Below, piece by piece: positions 23,653 through 33,208 of a DNA stretch of 64,000 bases (position 1 is the first letter of the stretch; each line of letters opens with the position of its first letter). This stretch comes from an uncultured delta proteobacterium (GTDB taxonomy: Bacteria > Desulfobacterota > BSN033 > UBA1163): the NCBI GenBank assembly GCA_963708295.1, contig CAVPSJ010000011.1:128001-192000 (forward strand), in the 5' to 3' direction. The position numbers and the translations under genes are program-made. The notes beneath the pieces are model-generated. The model worked only from the letters and a program-made list of their open reading frames with translations, searched no databases and had not been told where the DNA came from.

Positions 23653-24609
23653 TCATTTTCTGAGCGGCTGGAGTTTACCGATCTTTTCCCTAGCTTCCGA
23701 AAAGGAATGATCCAATTTCAGTACGAAGTTGAAAGTATCGATGGCCGAAGAAACCATCCCGCTTGCCTCATAGGCCAAGCCAAGATTGAAGTGGAGGCGG
23801 GCCAATTTTTCATTAGATAATCCTGGTATCTTGGAGCATGTTTTATAGTATTCGATCGACTTGTTATAGTCTCCCTTCTCCGAATAGCAATTTCCCAGCA
23901 TGATATAACAATCAAATTTCATGGAGGGGGTGGATGAAGCCAATTCAAATTCCGAGATGGCATAGTCGAAGAGTTCCATCTCCTTATATGCGATGCCAAG
24001 GTGATAGTGAGTCTCTGATTCCTTGTCAAGGGTTGAGGCTCCAGATTGGGAAGACAATACGGGAGGTTCTGTGGCATATGAAGAGGCAAGGCCCGGGAGC
24101 TCAGGCGCTGGCTTTTTCCCAGAGGGAGGATATCTCGAAGGCAGGGATTCCGCTGCAGCCGGGGGCGGGATCGGCTTCTCCTTTGGTTGTTGAGGGCTCT
24201 CTATATTCTTAAGACCCTTTATGGCTTCTGAGTCACGGGGGTTGATCTGCAGGATACTCTGGTAATAATTCTTTGCGTTTCCCGCAAGACCCTCCTTTAG
24301 ATATAGTATCGCTATCTTATGGAGGGCATCCGTAAATTTTGGATTAATCGAAAGGATCTTTTTGTAAATGGAGATAGCTCGAAAATTCAAATCCTCTTCC
24401 GCGTAGAGGGTGGCTACCTTCACATAGGCCTGTATCGCTTTATCCTCTTCTCCGTTTTTTAAATAAAGATCTCCTAATTTAAGGTGCAGCCGTTTGTCTT
24501 GAGGATCAGCCTCGACTAATCTCAAATACTCAGTAATCGCTTTTTTGAGTTGCCCTTTGAGAATGTACTTCTGTGCAGTGTCGAGTACGTTTTCTTTATC
24601 GATACCCAA
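23653..24609 (-). CDS. Cytoplasmic TPR protein, SgmX-like termini
   Basis: N-terminal TPRs (AQKYILKGQLKKAI.EY), Pro-rich linker, C-terminal ETHYHLGIAYKEMEL...AI.EF TPRs. Confidence 0.75.
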   Translation of the reverse strand: MGIDKENVLDTAQKYILKGQLKKAITEYLRLVEADPQDKRLHLKLGDLYLKNGEEDKAIQAYVKVATLYAEEDLNFRAISIYKKILSINPKFTDALHKIAILYLKEGLAGNAKNYYQSILQINPRDSEAIKGLKNIESPQQPKEKPIPPPAAAESLPSRYPPSGKKPAPELPGLASSYATEPPVLSSQSGASTLDKESETHYHLGIAYKEMELFDYAISEFELASSTPSMKFDCYIMLGNCYSEKGDYNKSIEYYKTCSKIPGLSNEKLARLHFNLGLAYEASGMVSSAIDTFNFVLKLDHSFSEAREKIGKLQPLRK

Positions 24610-24856
24610 ATTTTCCCTCGAGAAAAATTTTAATTAAAAATTAGCCAATTAACTTGAAAAAGTCAAGTTTTTAAAAACGTTGAATCAGAATGAGATACCG
24701 ACCAAAAAGCAAAAATGCCGGGTTTTGACAGCTGTAACATAATGACGACTGAAGGCCGCTAACCCATAACCCTCCATATCTTCCTAAATTAAAATCCGGA
24801 TCTCCTGAGTCATTCACAGAAGAAATTGATAGAATTGTTTTATCAGTGGTTAAATA

Positions 24857-24885
24857 TTGACCATCGCCTTTATTTTTGTTATGAT
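24857..24885 (+). promoter_or_regulatory. Sigma70-type promoter upstream of mgl operon
   Basis: TTGACC-17 nt-TATGAT with extended -10 TG. Confidence 0.5.
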
Positions 24886-24958
24886 GCGTGAAAATCTAAG
24901 ATTATATTAAGTAGCTGAAATGACTAATTATTATCTTAATCGATTATTTAACAAAAAT

Positions 24959-24974
24959 TGGTATTCATTTTGCT
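24959..24974 (+). promoter_or_regulatory. Sigma54 -24/-12 promoter upstream of mgl operon
   Basis: TGGTATTCATTTTGCT, GG-N10-GC, ~50 nt before ATG 25023. Confidence 0.65.
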
Positions 24975-25022
24975 TATACTATCCAAAAGTCCCTAATAAT
25001 TGTGGCCAAAAGTGTAAGGAAC

Positions 25023-25712
25023 ATGCTGAAAGATTCAAAGAGAGTCTTAATCGTGGATGACGAAGAAACTTTGACATGGAGCATGGCAAGAAGCCTTTCC
25101 AAGGACAAGGATAATTATGAGGTGATGATCGCGAACAATGGGAAAGAGGCTTTGAACTTGCTAAAAAAAAATAAGATCGATTTGGTCATCTCCGATATCA
25201 GAATGCCAGACATCAATGGATTGGACCTTCTTGTAACGATTAAGAAAGAATATCCCCAAACGAAAGTCATCATTATGACTGCCTACGGATCAACCGATGT
25301 TCAGAAAGAGGCCAATTTGAGAGGGTCCCTCTACTATGTCGAAAAGCCTTTTGAGATATCTGATTTAAGGAGAATTATTATCGATTTGATCGGCAACAAG
25401 AAGGGATTTCGTGGAAAAGTTTTTGGTCTTCAACTTACGGATATTATTCAAATGAATTGTCTAAGCCGGTTAACCACCGCACTGATTATCACACGAGACG
25501 GAGAAAAGGGAGTGATCTATCTGAACGAAGGAGAGATCATTCACGCCGAATGTGGTGAACAGAAAGGAACAGATGCCTTTTACAAAATCTTGAGTTGGCA
25601 AGAAGGTGAGTTTCTTTCCGATAACAGCGCCAATCCTCCCATTCAGACCATCTATCAGAATTGGGAGCATCTGCTGGTCGAGGCCATGCGGCGGAATGAT
25701 GACAAATCGTAA
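25023..25712 (+). CDS. Response regulator with C-terminal DUF4388/PATAN domain
   Basis: REC (IVDDE, SDIRMP, TAYG, KPF) then GF.G....L.DIIQM..G.I...EGEI.HA...G.DAF..IL.W.EG.F. Confidence 0.85.
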   Translation: MLKDSKRVLIVDDEETLTWSMARSLSKDKDNYEVMIANNGKEALNLLKKNKIDLVISDIRMPDINGLDLLVTIKKEYPQTKVIIMTAYGSTDVQKEANLRGSLYYVEKPFEISDLRRIIIDLIGNKKGFRGKVFGLQLTDIIQMNCLSRLTTALIITRDGEKGVIYLNEGEIIHAECGEQKGTDAFYKILSWQEGEFLSDNSANPPIQTIYQNWEHLLVEAMRRNDDKS

Positions 25713-25754
25713 GCGACTCTATCAAGCGGGCTGGGTTGTAGAAAATCAACTGAT

Positions 25755-26192
25755 ATGAACATCGTCATTACAGAAAAGGATATAAAAAAGATAACGTATT
25801 GCCTAAATAAAATGGTGTCTTCATCGATGGCTCATTCTGTGCTGCTCATCGATCGATCGGGCCAGCTGATCGCCCATGAGGGGAATACTCCCGAGATCGA
25901 TATTATATCCCTCTCGGCCTTAACAGCGGCCAACTTCGGGGCTACTGCGGAAATCGCCCGAATGTTGGGAGAAGAAGAGTTCACTCTCTTATTTCATAAA
26001 GGACGATGCGAAAATGTTTATTTTTCCGCCATTGGTGAGCATGTCATTATGGTGACCCTTTTTGATGACAAGACCTCCCTGGGGCTGATCCGGTTACAAA
26101 TTAACAAGATTATTGACGAGCTCTCAAAAATTCTTTCATCCATCTTTGAAAAAGAAAGATCGAAATCGAGTGAATCGGCACGATCTTCTTAA
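25755..26192 (+). CDS. mglB: Roadblock/LC7 protein, MglB GAP
   Basis: LLIDRSGQLIA, LSAL.AANF.AT..IA..LGE.EF..LFH.G, SLGLIRL; directly upstream of mglA. Confidence 0.88.
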   Translation: MNIVITEKDIKKITYCLNKMVSSSMAHSVLLIDRSGQLIAHEGNTPEIDIISLSALTAANFGATAEIARMLGEEEFTLLFHKGRCENVYFSAIGEHVIMVTLFDDKTSLGLIRLQINKIIDELSKILSSIFEKERSKSSESARSS

Positions 26193-26210
26193 AGAGGGGA
26201 AGAAACTTTA

Positions 26211-26837
26211 ATGCCTTTCATTAATTTTAGTAAAGATGAGATTCAGTGCAAAATTGTCTATTATGGAGCAGGATTTTGTGGAAAGACCACGAACCTGCAA
26301 TATATCTACGGCCAAACCATCGAGGACATCAAAGGCAAGATGGTATCGATTGATACCAAGGGTGATCGAACACTCTTCTTCGATTTCTTGTCTTTGAGTT
26401 TGGGGAAAATCAGGGGATTTGATATACGGGTTCAACTTTATACGGTCCCTGGGCAAGTCCATTATGACGCGACGAGAAAACTGGTTTTAAAGGGGGTGGA
26501 TGGAGTCGTCTTTGTAGCCGATTCATTGAAAGTGCAAAGGAAAAAGAACATCGAAAGTCTCATCAATCTGGCAAAAAATTTGGCGGAGAAGGGAGTCAGT
26601 ATTAGGAGTGTTCCGCTCGTCATTCAATACAACAAACGCGATTTAGACGGGACAGATTCGGAAATTCTTCCTGTTGATATTCTGGAAAAGGATCTCAATT
26701 CGATGTTGAAGGTGCCGTCCTATTCAGCCAGCGCTTTGAAAGGGGTCGGCGTTTTTGAAACCCTTAGAGAAATCAGCAAGTTGGTGGTAAAAGAGGTTAG
26801 CCGAAAGGTGATGTTGCTGGATAAGCAATCACAGTAA
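26211..26837 (+). CDS. mglA: Small Ras-like GTPase MglA
   Basis: KIVYYG.G.CGKTTNL, DRTLFFDF, LYTVPGQV, QYNKRD. Confidence 0.93.
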   Translation: MPFINFSKDEIQCKIVYYGAGFCGKTTNLQYIYGQTIEDIKGKMVSIDTKGDRTLFFDFLSLSLGKIRGFDIRVQLYTVPGQVHYDATRKLVLKGVDGVVFVADSLKVQRKKNIESLINLAKNLAEKGVSIRSVPLVIQYNKRDLDGTDSEILPVDILEKDLNSMLKVPSYSASALKGVGVFETLREISKLVVKEVSRKVMLLDKQSQ

Positions 26838-26857
26838 GGAAAAAGGGAAAATAGAAG

Positions 26858-28246
26858 ATGGACAAGGTAATGGAAGAAGAGGATTTCAAAGGTCTGGATG
26901 AAGAGATTGATGATGCCGTAGACCGCCTGTTTATAGACAACAAAAATAAGAGAAGCGCAGGGAAAAGCTTCTCTGCGGCCCCCCCGGTCCCGAAGACTCC
27001 TTTGAAACCCATCATCGAGGAGCCTTCCATGAAGTCTCCCGCTTTAGAGCCCTCCCTGGAGTCTCTCCCCTTGGAGCCTTCTATGGAATCTCCTATTCCG
27101 GAGCCCTTCGCGAAACCTTCTGCTGCAGAACCCTCCATGAAGCCTTCTTTCTTGGAACCTTCTTACGAATTCGAATTAGAGAAGAATGTTTTTGAATTAG
27201 AGAAGAACGTTGCCCTGGAGCCAACGCCCCCGCCGCCTCCTCCTCCCGCTCCCGTCCAATTCTTAAAATCCATTGAGAGTATGGAGGCTCAACTTCTCTC
27301 CCTCGAATGGGAGATCACGGAGGAAAAACTTAAAAAGACAAAGGAGGAGGTCCTTGCTCTGCGGGAATTGTTGAAACAGAAGCCCGAGCTTGCTTTAATC
27401 TTAACCGGCATGGAAAAAGTCCTAAACCACATGCTTAAGAATGAAGAGGACATCCGGCCTTCATGGATCAAAATCTTGCTGGATTCAAAGGAAACGATAA
27501 AGCTCCTCACGAGAATAGAAACAGAGCGCGAAATTAACGTTTATAAACAGCTGGCTTATCTTGGGATCGAATCGAGATTCTCCTCCCTGGACGGGTTGAC
27601 CGAGTCCAAGGTCGTTCCACCTTCTCCCGGCAAAGCAGAAGGGATTGAAAGGATTGCCCTCTCTCCTCCCGGAGAGAAGAAGATGGAAGACATGTCGAAC
27701 AAAATGAATTTATTTATGGCAAACGCAGAGGAACTTTTCAGAACGATGAAACAACAAATATCCAGCCTTGAGGAGGCGACTCGAAAAACTCAGGCGCCGC
27801 CCGTAGAGATTAGGCCCAAACCCCTGAACGTTGCGTCGCCCGTAGAAGTCAGGCTCAAACCCTTGAATGTAACGATTATCAGAGTAGATAAGAAATTATT
27901 TGGAGTACAAAGTGAAGCAGTTTTCAAATTATTCAAAGCCCCCAACACGTTTCAAAAAAGATATTCAAACCAAGAAAAAATACGCTTAAGAGATTTTGAA
28001 ATCAAGTTGGTCAACCTAAAGAAAATTCTAGCCATCCCAGGGGGTGAGCCAAAAGGGGAGATAAACATCCTTGCGGTAAAGGACAAAGGAGAATACAAGG
28101 GGTTCCTGGTGGATCAAGTCATTAAGAAAGTGTCGGCCCCCTCCGAAAAGGAGGGTGAAGTCGGCGAATACTTCTCGGGGGTTATTCATTTCACATACCA
28201 AGAGCAGTCCGTGGAGATCCCTATTCTTGATTTAAGAAAGTTTTAA
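26858..28246 (+). CDS. Hypothetical protein: acidic N-terminal helix, Pro-rich repeats, helical middle, C-terminal CheW-like domain
   Basis: C-terminus FGV....V.K, LVNL.K.L, GFLVDQV, IPILDL resembles CheW fold. Confidence 0.55.
   Translation: MDKVMEEEDFKGLDEEIDDAVDRLFIDNKNKRSAGKSFSAAPPVPKTPLKPIIEEPSMKSPALEPSLESLPLEPSMESPIPEPFAKPSAAEPSMKPSFLEPSYEFELEKNVFELEKNVALEPTPPPPPPPAPVQFLKSIESMEAQLLSLEWEITEEKLKKTKEEVLALRELLKQKPELALILTGMEKVLNHMLKNEEDIRPSWIKILLDSKETIKLLTRIETEREINVYKQLAYLGIESRFSSLDGLTESKVVPPSPGKAEGIERIALSPPGEKKMEDMSNKMNLFMANAEELFRTMKQQISSLEEATRKTQAPPVEIRPKPLNVASPVEVRLKPLNVTIIRVDKKLFGVQSEAVFKLFKAPNTFQKRYSNQEKIRLRDFEIKLVNLKKILAIPGGEPKGEINILAVKDKGEYKGFLVDQVIKKVSAPSEKEGEVGEYFSGVIHFTYQEQSVEIPILDLRKF
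27020..27211 (+). repeat. Intragenic degenerate 27-bp repeats (EPSxxxxxx, about 6 units) plus 21-bp tandem duplication (FELEKNV x2)
   Basis: EPSMKSPAL/EPSLESLPL/EPSMESPIP/EPFAKPSAA/EPSMKPSFL/EPSYEFELE; ttcgaattagagaagaatgtt tttgaattagagaagaacgtt. Confidence 0.8.
27794..27871 (+). repeat. Intragenic 39-bp imperfect tandem duplication
   Basis: APPVEIRPKPLNV / ASPVEVRLKPLNV. Confidence 0.8.
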
Positions 28247-28249
28247 GGC

Positions 28250-29422
28250 TTGAGTTCTTTTATGAACCAGACTCATACAACCACTGAAATTGAAGAAAAG
28301 ATTGCAAAAAAAGATGAAGCCATCCAACACCTGACTCGGAGACTGGAGGATGTAAAAAACTTCACGGAGAGTATCATCCAGAGCATCGGGAGCGGAATCA
28401 TCATCACCGAGATGAACGACACGATAACTTACATCAATAAGGCGGGCGAACGCATCCTGGGATACCGCAAAGAGGAGTTGATCGGTAGGCCTTTCAGCAT
28501 TTTCAGTTTGAAAGAGAAGCAGAGTGCCATTCCTTCATTTCTCAATAATCCGGATGACATGGATACCCGGAAAGAAGGATGGATGAAGAAGAAGGATCAT
28601 GCCGAATTTCCTGTAGGATTTACGATCAATAACCATTTAAGTGTCCGGGGTGAAAAAATAGGAAAAATTGTCGTGTTCCGAGATTTGACGAATGTTTATA
28701 AAATTCAGGAAGAAATACTGAGAATGGATCGACTCGTATCATTGGGAAAACTGGCCTCAGGCATTGCGCATGAATTGCGAAATCCACTCGCCGGGATTAA
28801 GACGACCGCCCAAGCCCTTGGCGAGGAGATGGCCGGAGACGATTCGAGAAGAGAATATTTGCATCGAATCACTAAAGAAATTGATCGTCTCAATGACCTC
28901 CTCAAGACATTTTTTTCTTTTGCCAAACCACAGAACCTGAATCTCGTTCATTGCTATATCAAAGATATTATCAATGAGATCATCCCATTTCTTATTAAAG
29001 AGATCGCCGATAAAGGAATTCGTTTCACTGAAACGTACCATCCCCAACTTCCCAAGATCAAAGTGGACAAGACTCAAATCCATCAAGTCTTTCTCAACTT
29101 GTTTTTAAACGCGATTCAGGCCATGCCCAACGGAGGCGAACTCAAAATCGAGGCCAGCCCAATGACCGCAGACCCTCTGAAGGGATCTAAACAAAATTCT
29201 GTCAGGGTCGTTATCTCGGATACCGGTAGAGGCATTCCCGCTCAAATTGTCCACAAAATCTTCGATCCTTTTTTTACCACAAAGCCTAAAGGGATCGGGT
29301 TGGGCCTTTCCATTACTTATCAGATCATTAAGAAACACGGGGGGACGATCAAGGTGGATAGCGAATGGGAGAGGGGAACTTCTTTCATTATTAATTTACC
29401 GGAGACGTTGGAAACCACATGA
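28250..29422 (+). CDS. Soluble PAS-domain sensor histidine kinase
   Basis: PAS (N.A.ERILGY..EEL.G, VFRDLT), AHELRNPL, G1/F/G2 boxes, no TM. Confidence 0.9.
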   Translation: MSSFMNQTHTTTEIEEKIAKKDEAIQHLTRRLEDVKNFTESIIQSIGSGIIITEMNDTITYINKAGERILGYRKEELIGRPFSIFSLKEKQSAIPSFLNNPDDMDTRKEGWMKKKDHAEFPVGFTINNHLSVRGEKIGKIVVFRDLTNVYKIQEEILRMDRLVSLGKLASGIAHELRNPLAGIKTTAQALGEEMAGDDSRREYLHRITKEIDRLNDLLKTFFSFAKPQNLNLVHCYIKDIINEIIPFLIKEIADKGIRFTETYHPQLPKIKVDKTQIHQVFLNLFLNAIQAMPNGGELKIEASPMTADPLKGSKQNSVRVVISDTGRGIPAQIVHKIFDPFFTTKPKGIGLGLSITYQIIKKHGGTIKVDSEWERGTSFIINLPETLETT

Positions 29423-30792
29423 GACCATCTATTCTCATCGTTGACGATGATGGAGTGATGCAGGAAACTCTCTCGGGCGTCTTAAAGAAGAGAGGGTATG
29501 AAATGTTCTCAGTCGGCTCCGGGAACGAAGCGCTTTCAACGATCAAGAAGAATGTCATTGACCTCATTCTCCTGGACATAAAACTTCCCGACATAGACGG
29601 TCTGGAGGTCCTGAAAAAAATAAAGGAATTTGATACTGAGATTTTAGTCATTATGATGACCGCGTTTTCTGACGTGCAAACGGCAGTTTCTGCTATGAAA
29701 TCTGGAGCTTACGATTACATCAACAAACCCTTTGAATTAGACGAGCTAAAATTGCTCATTGAAAAAGGGCTAGAGACAAAAAGCCTAATCAATGAAGTGA
29801 GGAGACTCCACCGACAGCAAAAAGAGAACTATCAAAATAGCCATATTTATGGGGTCAGTCCCCAAATTCATTACGTTAAAGAATTGATTGGAATGATTAG
29901 CAAAACTCACAAAACGTCAGTCTTGATCCAGGGCGAAAGCGGCACCGGGAAAGAGTTGGCCGCGAATGCCATTCACTACAACAGCCTTCGGAGCGACAAG
30001 CCTCTGATGAAAATCAATTGCAGCGCGATACCGGACTCTCTCTTAGAATCGGAGCTTTTCGGATATGAGAAGGGCGCTTTCACAGATGCCAAGAACACCA
30101 AGAAAGGTCTTTTTGAATTGGCGGACGGAGGGACTGTTTTTTTGGATGAAATTGGGGATATGAACCCGTTCTTGCAATCCAAGATCTTGAGAGTCCTTGA
30201 AGGGCAATCCTTTATGAGAGTAGGAGGAGAGAGAGAAATCAAGGTCGAGGTTCGCATCATCGCTGCAACCAATAAGAATTTGGAAGCCATGGTGAAGGAA
30301 GGGTTGTTCCGAAAGGACTTATATTACCGGCTGAAGGTAATGGTCGTCGAGATGCCCCCCCTGCGTGATAGACTGGAAGATATCTTGCTGCTTTCAAATT
30401 TATTCATCGAAGAGAACAATAAGGAATATAACAAGGGTATTCGGGGCTTTTCAGAAGAGGCGAAGAAGTTGATGGTTCAGTATTCCTGGCCGGGCAACGT
30501 GAGGGAATTAAGAAATGTTATTGAAAGGGCAATGATTTTAACGGACCAAGAGGTCATCACCCCGAAGCATCTCCCCTTTGAATTGAAACAGACTGAAGAA
30601 ATCCGTGGAGATGCAGAGCGTGATCTAGCCGAAGTTACTTCCGATATGTCTTTGGAAAATATGGAAAAAATGCATCTCTCTAAGGTATTGAAAAAATTGG
30701 AATGGAACAAATCAAAGGCTTCGAAAACATTAGGCATTTCCAGGGCCACCCTGAGGGCTAAAATTAAGAAGTATAATCTCAGGGAAAATTAA
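29419..30792 (+). CDS. Sigma54-dependent response regulator (NtrC/AtoC family)
   Basis: [28 protein letters not shown]. Confidence 0.93.
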   Translation: MRPSILIVDDDGVMQETLSGVLKKRGYEMFSVGSGNEALSTIKKNVIDLILLDIKLPDIDGLEVLKKIKEFDTEILVIMMTAFSDVQTAVSAMKSGAYDYINKPFELDELKLLIEKGLETKSLINEVRRLHRQQKENYQNSHIYGVSPQIHYVKELIGMISKTHKTSVLIQGESGTGKELAANAIHYNSLRSDKPLMKINCSAIPDSLLESELFGYEKGAFTDAKNTKKGLFELADGGTVFLDEIGDMNPFLQSKILRVLEGQSFMRVGGEREIKVEVRIIAATNKNLEAMVKEGLFRKDLYYRLKVMVVEMPPLRDRLEDILLLSNLFIEENNKEYNKGIRGFSEEAKKLMVQYSWPGNVRELRNVIERAMILTDQEVITPKHLPFELKQTEEIRGDAERDLAEVTSDMSLENMEKMHLSKVLKKLEWNKSKASKTLGISRATLRAKIKKYNLREN

Positions 30793-30904
30793 TATGTAAT
30801 ATTAGGATGTTATTAAATGATTGTGAAATGGTTTATTAGATTTGGGAGGATACTTATTAGAATTTTATAAAATACTGAAATATTTTCCTTGACTTTTTTG
30901 AAAA

Positions 30905-30928
30905 TTTGTTAATAATTTTGTTAATAAT
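30905..30928. repeat. Perfect 12-bp tandem direct repeat in pilM promoter region
   Basis: TTTGTTAATAAT x2, just downstream of TTGACT at 30889. Confidence 0.6.
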
Positions 30929-30970
30929 TTATCTCGGTCCATTTCATTGAAAAATGAGGGGGAAAAATAA

Positions 30971-32026
30971 ATGTGGGGCAAAAAGAAAGACGTCATTGGC
31001 CTTGATATTGGATGCAGTTCAATCAAGCTGGTGGAGCTAAAAGAGGATCGGAGTGGGTACAAGCTACAGAATTTGGCGATTTCGCCTCTGCCGCCAGAAG
31101 CGATCGTTGACGGAGCCCTAATGGATTCGGTTACGATTATCGATACCATACGGGATGCGATCGCCGCTTCCAAAACAAAGACAAAAGATGCTGTGACTTC
31201 AGTTTCCGGGCATTCCGTCATCGTTAAGAAAATTTCCCTGCCTTTTATGACAGAAGCCGAGTTGGAAGAATCTATCCAGTGGGAAGCGGAGAGATATATT
31301 CCATTTGATGTCAATGATGTCAACATTGATTTCCAAATATTCGGGGCGGCACCGGAAAATCCGGAAGCCATGGATGTCGTTTTAGTGGCGGCGAAGAAGG
31401 ACATTATCAATGACTACATCTCCGTCCTCATGGAATCCGGATTAAACCCCGTCATTATCGATACGGACTCTTTCGCTTTGGAAAATATGTTAGCGCTTAG
31501 CTATGATATAGGAAAAGAAGAAACCGTTGCAATCGCTAATGTTGGAGCAAGTGTCACCAATATTAATATCATTAAGAACAATATCTCAGCCTTTACCAGG
31601 GATGTTTTCAAAGGGGGGAATCAAATCACAGAAGAAATTCAGAGGCAACTCCATGTCGACCACGACGAGGCTGAAAAGATCAAAGTGGGCGCCAAGGCCG
31701 ACCTCAGCTCGCAGCCGGTTGTCCAAAACGTATTGAAAACAGCCTCTGAATCATTAGCCGTGGAGATAGGGAACTCCTTGGATTTCTTCCAATCCACCAA
31801 CGCTTCCGAGAAAATCGCCAGATTATACTTGAGCGGTGGAGGGTCCAAAATCAAGGGTTTTGATATCATTCTGCAACAACAGGTCGCAATACCGGTGGAA
31901 GTCGTTAATCCATTCAAGAAAATAGACTATCGGGGTAAAGATTTTGATCTTGAGTATTTAAGAGAAATTGGGCCGATCATGGGAGTGGCAGTAGGTCTTG
32001 CCTCAAGAAAGGTAGGGGACCGATGA
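30971..32026 (+). CDS. pilM: Type IV pilus assembly protein PilM
   Basis: GLDIGCSSIKLVEL actin-like fold, EAE.YIPF, LSGGG. Confidence 0.95.
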   Translation: MWGKKKDVIGLDIGCSSIKLVELKEDRSGYKLQNLAISPLPPEAIVDGALMDSVTIIDTIRDAIAASKTKTKDAVTSVSGHSVIVKKISLPFMTEAELEESIQWEAERYIPFDVNDVNIDFQIFGAAPENPEAMDVVLVAAKKDIINDYISVLMESGLNPVIIDTDSFALENMLALSYDIGKEETVAIANVGASVTNINIIKNNISAFTRDVFKGGNQITEEIQRQLHVDHDEAEKIKVGAKADLSSQPVVQNVLKTASESLAVEIGNSLDFFQSTNASEKIARLYLSGGGSKIKGFDIILQQQVAIPVEVVNPFKKIDYRGKDFDLEYLREIGPIMGVAVGLASRKVGDR

Positions 32027-32565
32027 TCAAAATTAATTTGCTTCTAGCGAGAAAAGAAAAGAAAAGAGCCGGGATGAAGAAGGAATTCATTGTTCTCATA
32101 CTTTCCGTCGTCCTTTTATTGGCGGCCTTCATCTTTATCCAGTGGGGATTAAGCAAAAAGATAGAGGATACCCTGGCTCAGAATGCCCAGAAAAAGCAGG
32201 AGATCGCGAAGTACAGGTCTCTCACCACAGAAGTCGAAAAAAAGAAACAAGAGCAGAAGATGTTGCAGAACCGATTGGATGTCATCAATTCGTTGAAAAA
32301 AGACAAGGCAAGGGCTGCAATGGTTTTGGACCAATTGAGTATTGATAAACCGGAAAAACTTCAACTTGAATCTCTGAAAAAAGATGGGGCAAAGTTAGCA
32401 ATTGAAGGGGTTGCTTTAGATGACGAGACGATTGCCAATTTCATGACCAATCTTAGAAAGTCGAAGCTTTTTAAGAATGTCGACCTTGTTGTGAGTGAGC
32501 AGATTGAGCAGAACAAAATGAAAGTGAAGAAATTCGTCCTTTCGTGCGAGATCATTCAAACATAA
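32023..32565 (+). CDS. pilN: Type IV pilus assembly protein PilN
   Basis: MIKINLL motif, TM, coiled coil. Confidence 0.92.
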   Translation: MIKINLLLARKEKKRAGMKKEFIVLILSVVLLLAAFIFIQWGLSKKIEDTLAQNAQKKQEIAKYRSLTTEVEKKKQEQKMLQNRLDVINSLKKDKARAAMVLDQLSIDKPEKLQLESLKKDGAKLAIEGVALDDETIANFMTNLRKSKLFKNVDLVVSEQIEQNKMKVKKFVLSCEIIQT

Positions 32566-32578
32566 GGAGAGGGATCAA

Positions 32579-33208
32579 ATGGCACTGAAAATAGATTCAA
32601 TCTTAAAACTCCCGACGCCAAAAAAGGTTCTTATACTGGTCGTTATTTTATGTGCCATGGCTGGGCTGTATCTTTGGCGTTTTTTCCTTCCCAGTCAGGA
32701 GGATCTCAGGGCGGCGCAGGGCGAGGGAATCAAATTGGAGAACGAATTGAACAACAGTAGAGCCATCGCAAGAGATCTCCAGAAATATAACGAGCAGGTG
32801 GCCAAGTTAAATGAAGAGCTGAGAGATGCCCTGACGCAACTTCCCAACGAAAAGGAGATCCCAGAGATACTAAAAACCATATCCAGCCTCGGGAAGGAAT
32901 CGAACCTTGAATTTACGCTTTTTAAGCCTAGACCCGAACAGCCTCAACAATTTTTTGCCAACGTTCCAATCGACCTGGTTGCATTGGGAAGCTATCATAA
33001 TGTAGGAATTTTCTTTGACAAGGTGAGCAGGCTTCCAAGAATCATTAACGTCGTTGATTTCAATCTGACAAAGGCAAAAGATGCCAAGGATATTAAGGGA
33101 CAGGGTGAAAACGAAATCCTATTAAAGACATCCTGTATGATCAGTACTTACCGATTTCTAGAACAGAAAAGCGAGGAAAAGAAAAGTGAAACGAAATCCA
33201 ATCCGTAG
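32579..33208 (+). CDS. pilO: Type IV pilus assembly protein PilO
   Basis: LP.EKEIP.IL, G.YH..G.FFD.V..LPRI. Confidence 0.92.
   Translation: MALKIDSILKLPTPKKVLILVVILCAMAGLYLWRFFLPSQEDLRAAQGEGIKLENELNNSRAIARDLQKYNEQVAKLNEELRDALTQLPNEKEIPEILKTISSLGKESNLEFTLFKPRPEQPQQFFANVPIDLVALGSYHNVGIFFDKVSRLPRIINVVDFNLTKAKDAKDIKGQGENEILLKTSCMISTYRFLEQKSEEKKSETKSNP

Noticed and set aside
24610-25000. c-di-GMP (GEMM) riboswitch or ncRNA in the long intergenic region
   Set aside because: No GEMM core motifs found on either strand; region is explained by divergent promoters.
27020-27211. CRISPR-like periodic repeats
   Set aside because: In-frame degenerate coding repeats without unique spacers; no cas genes.
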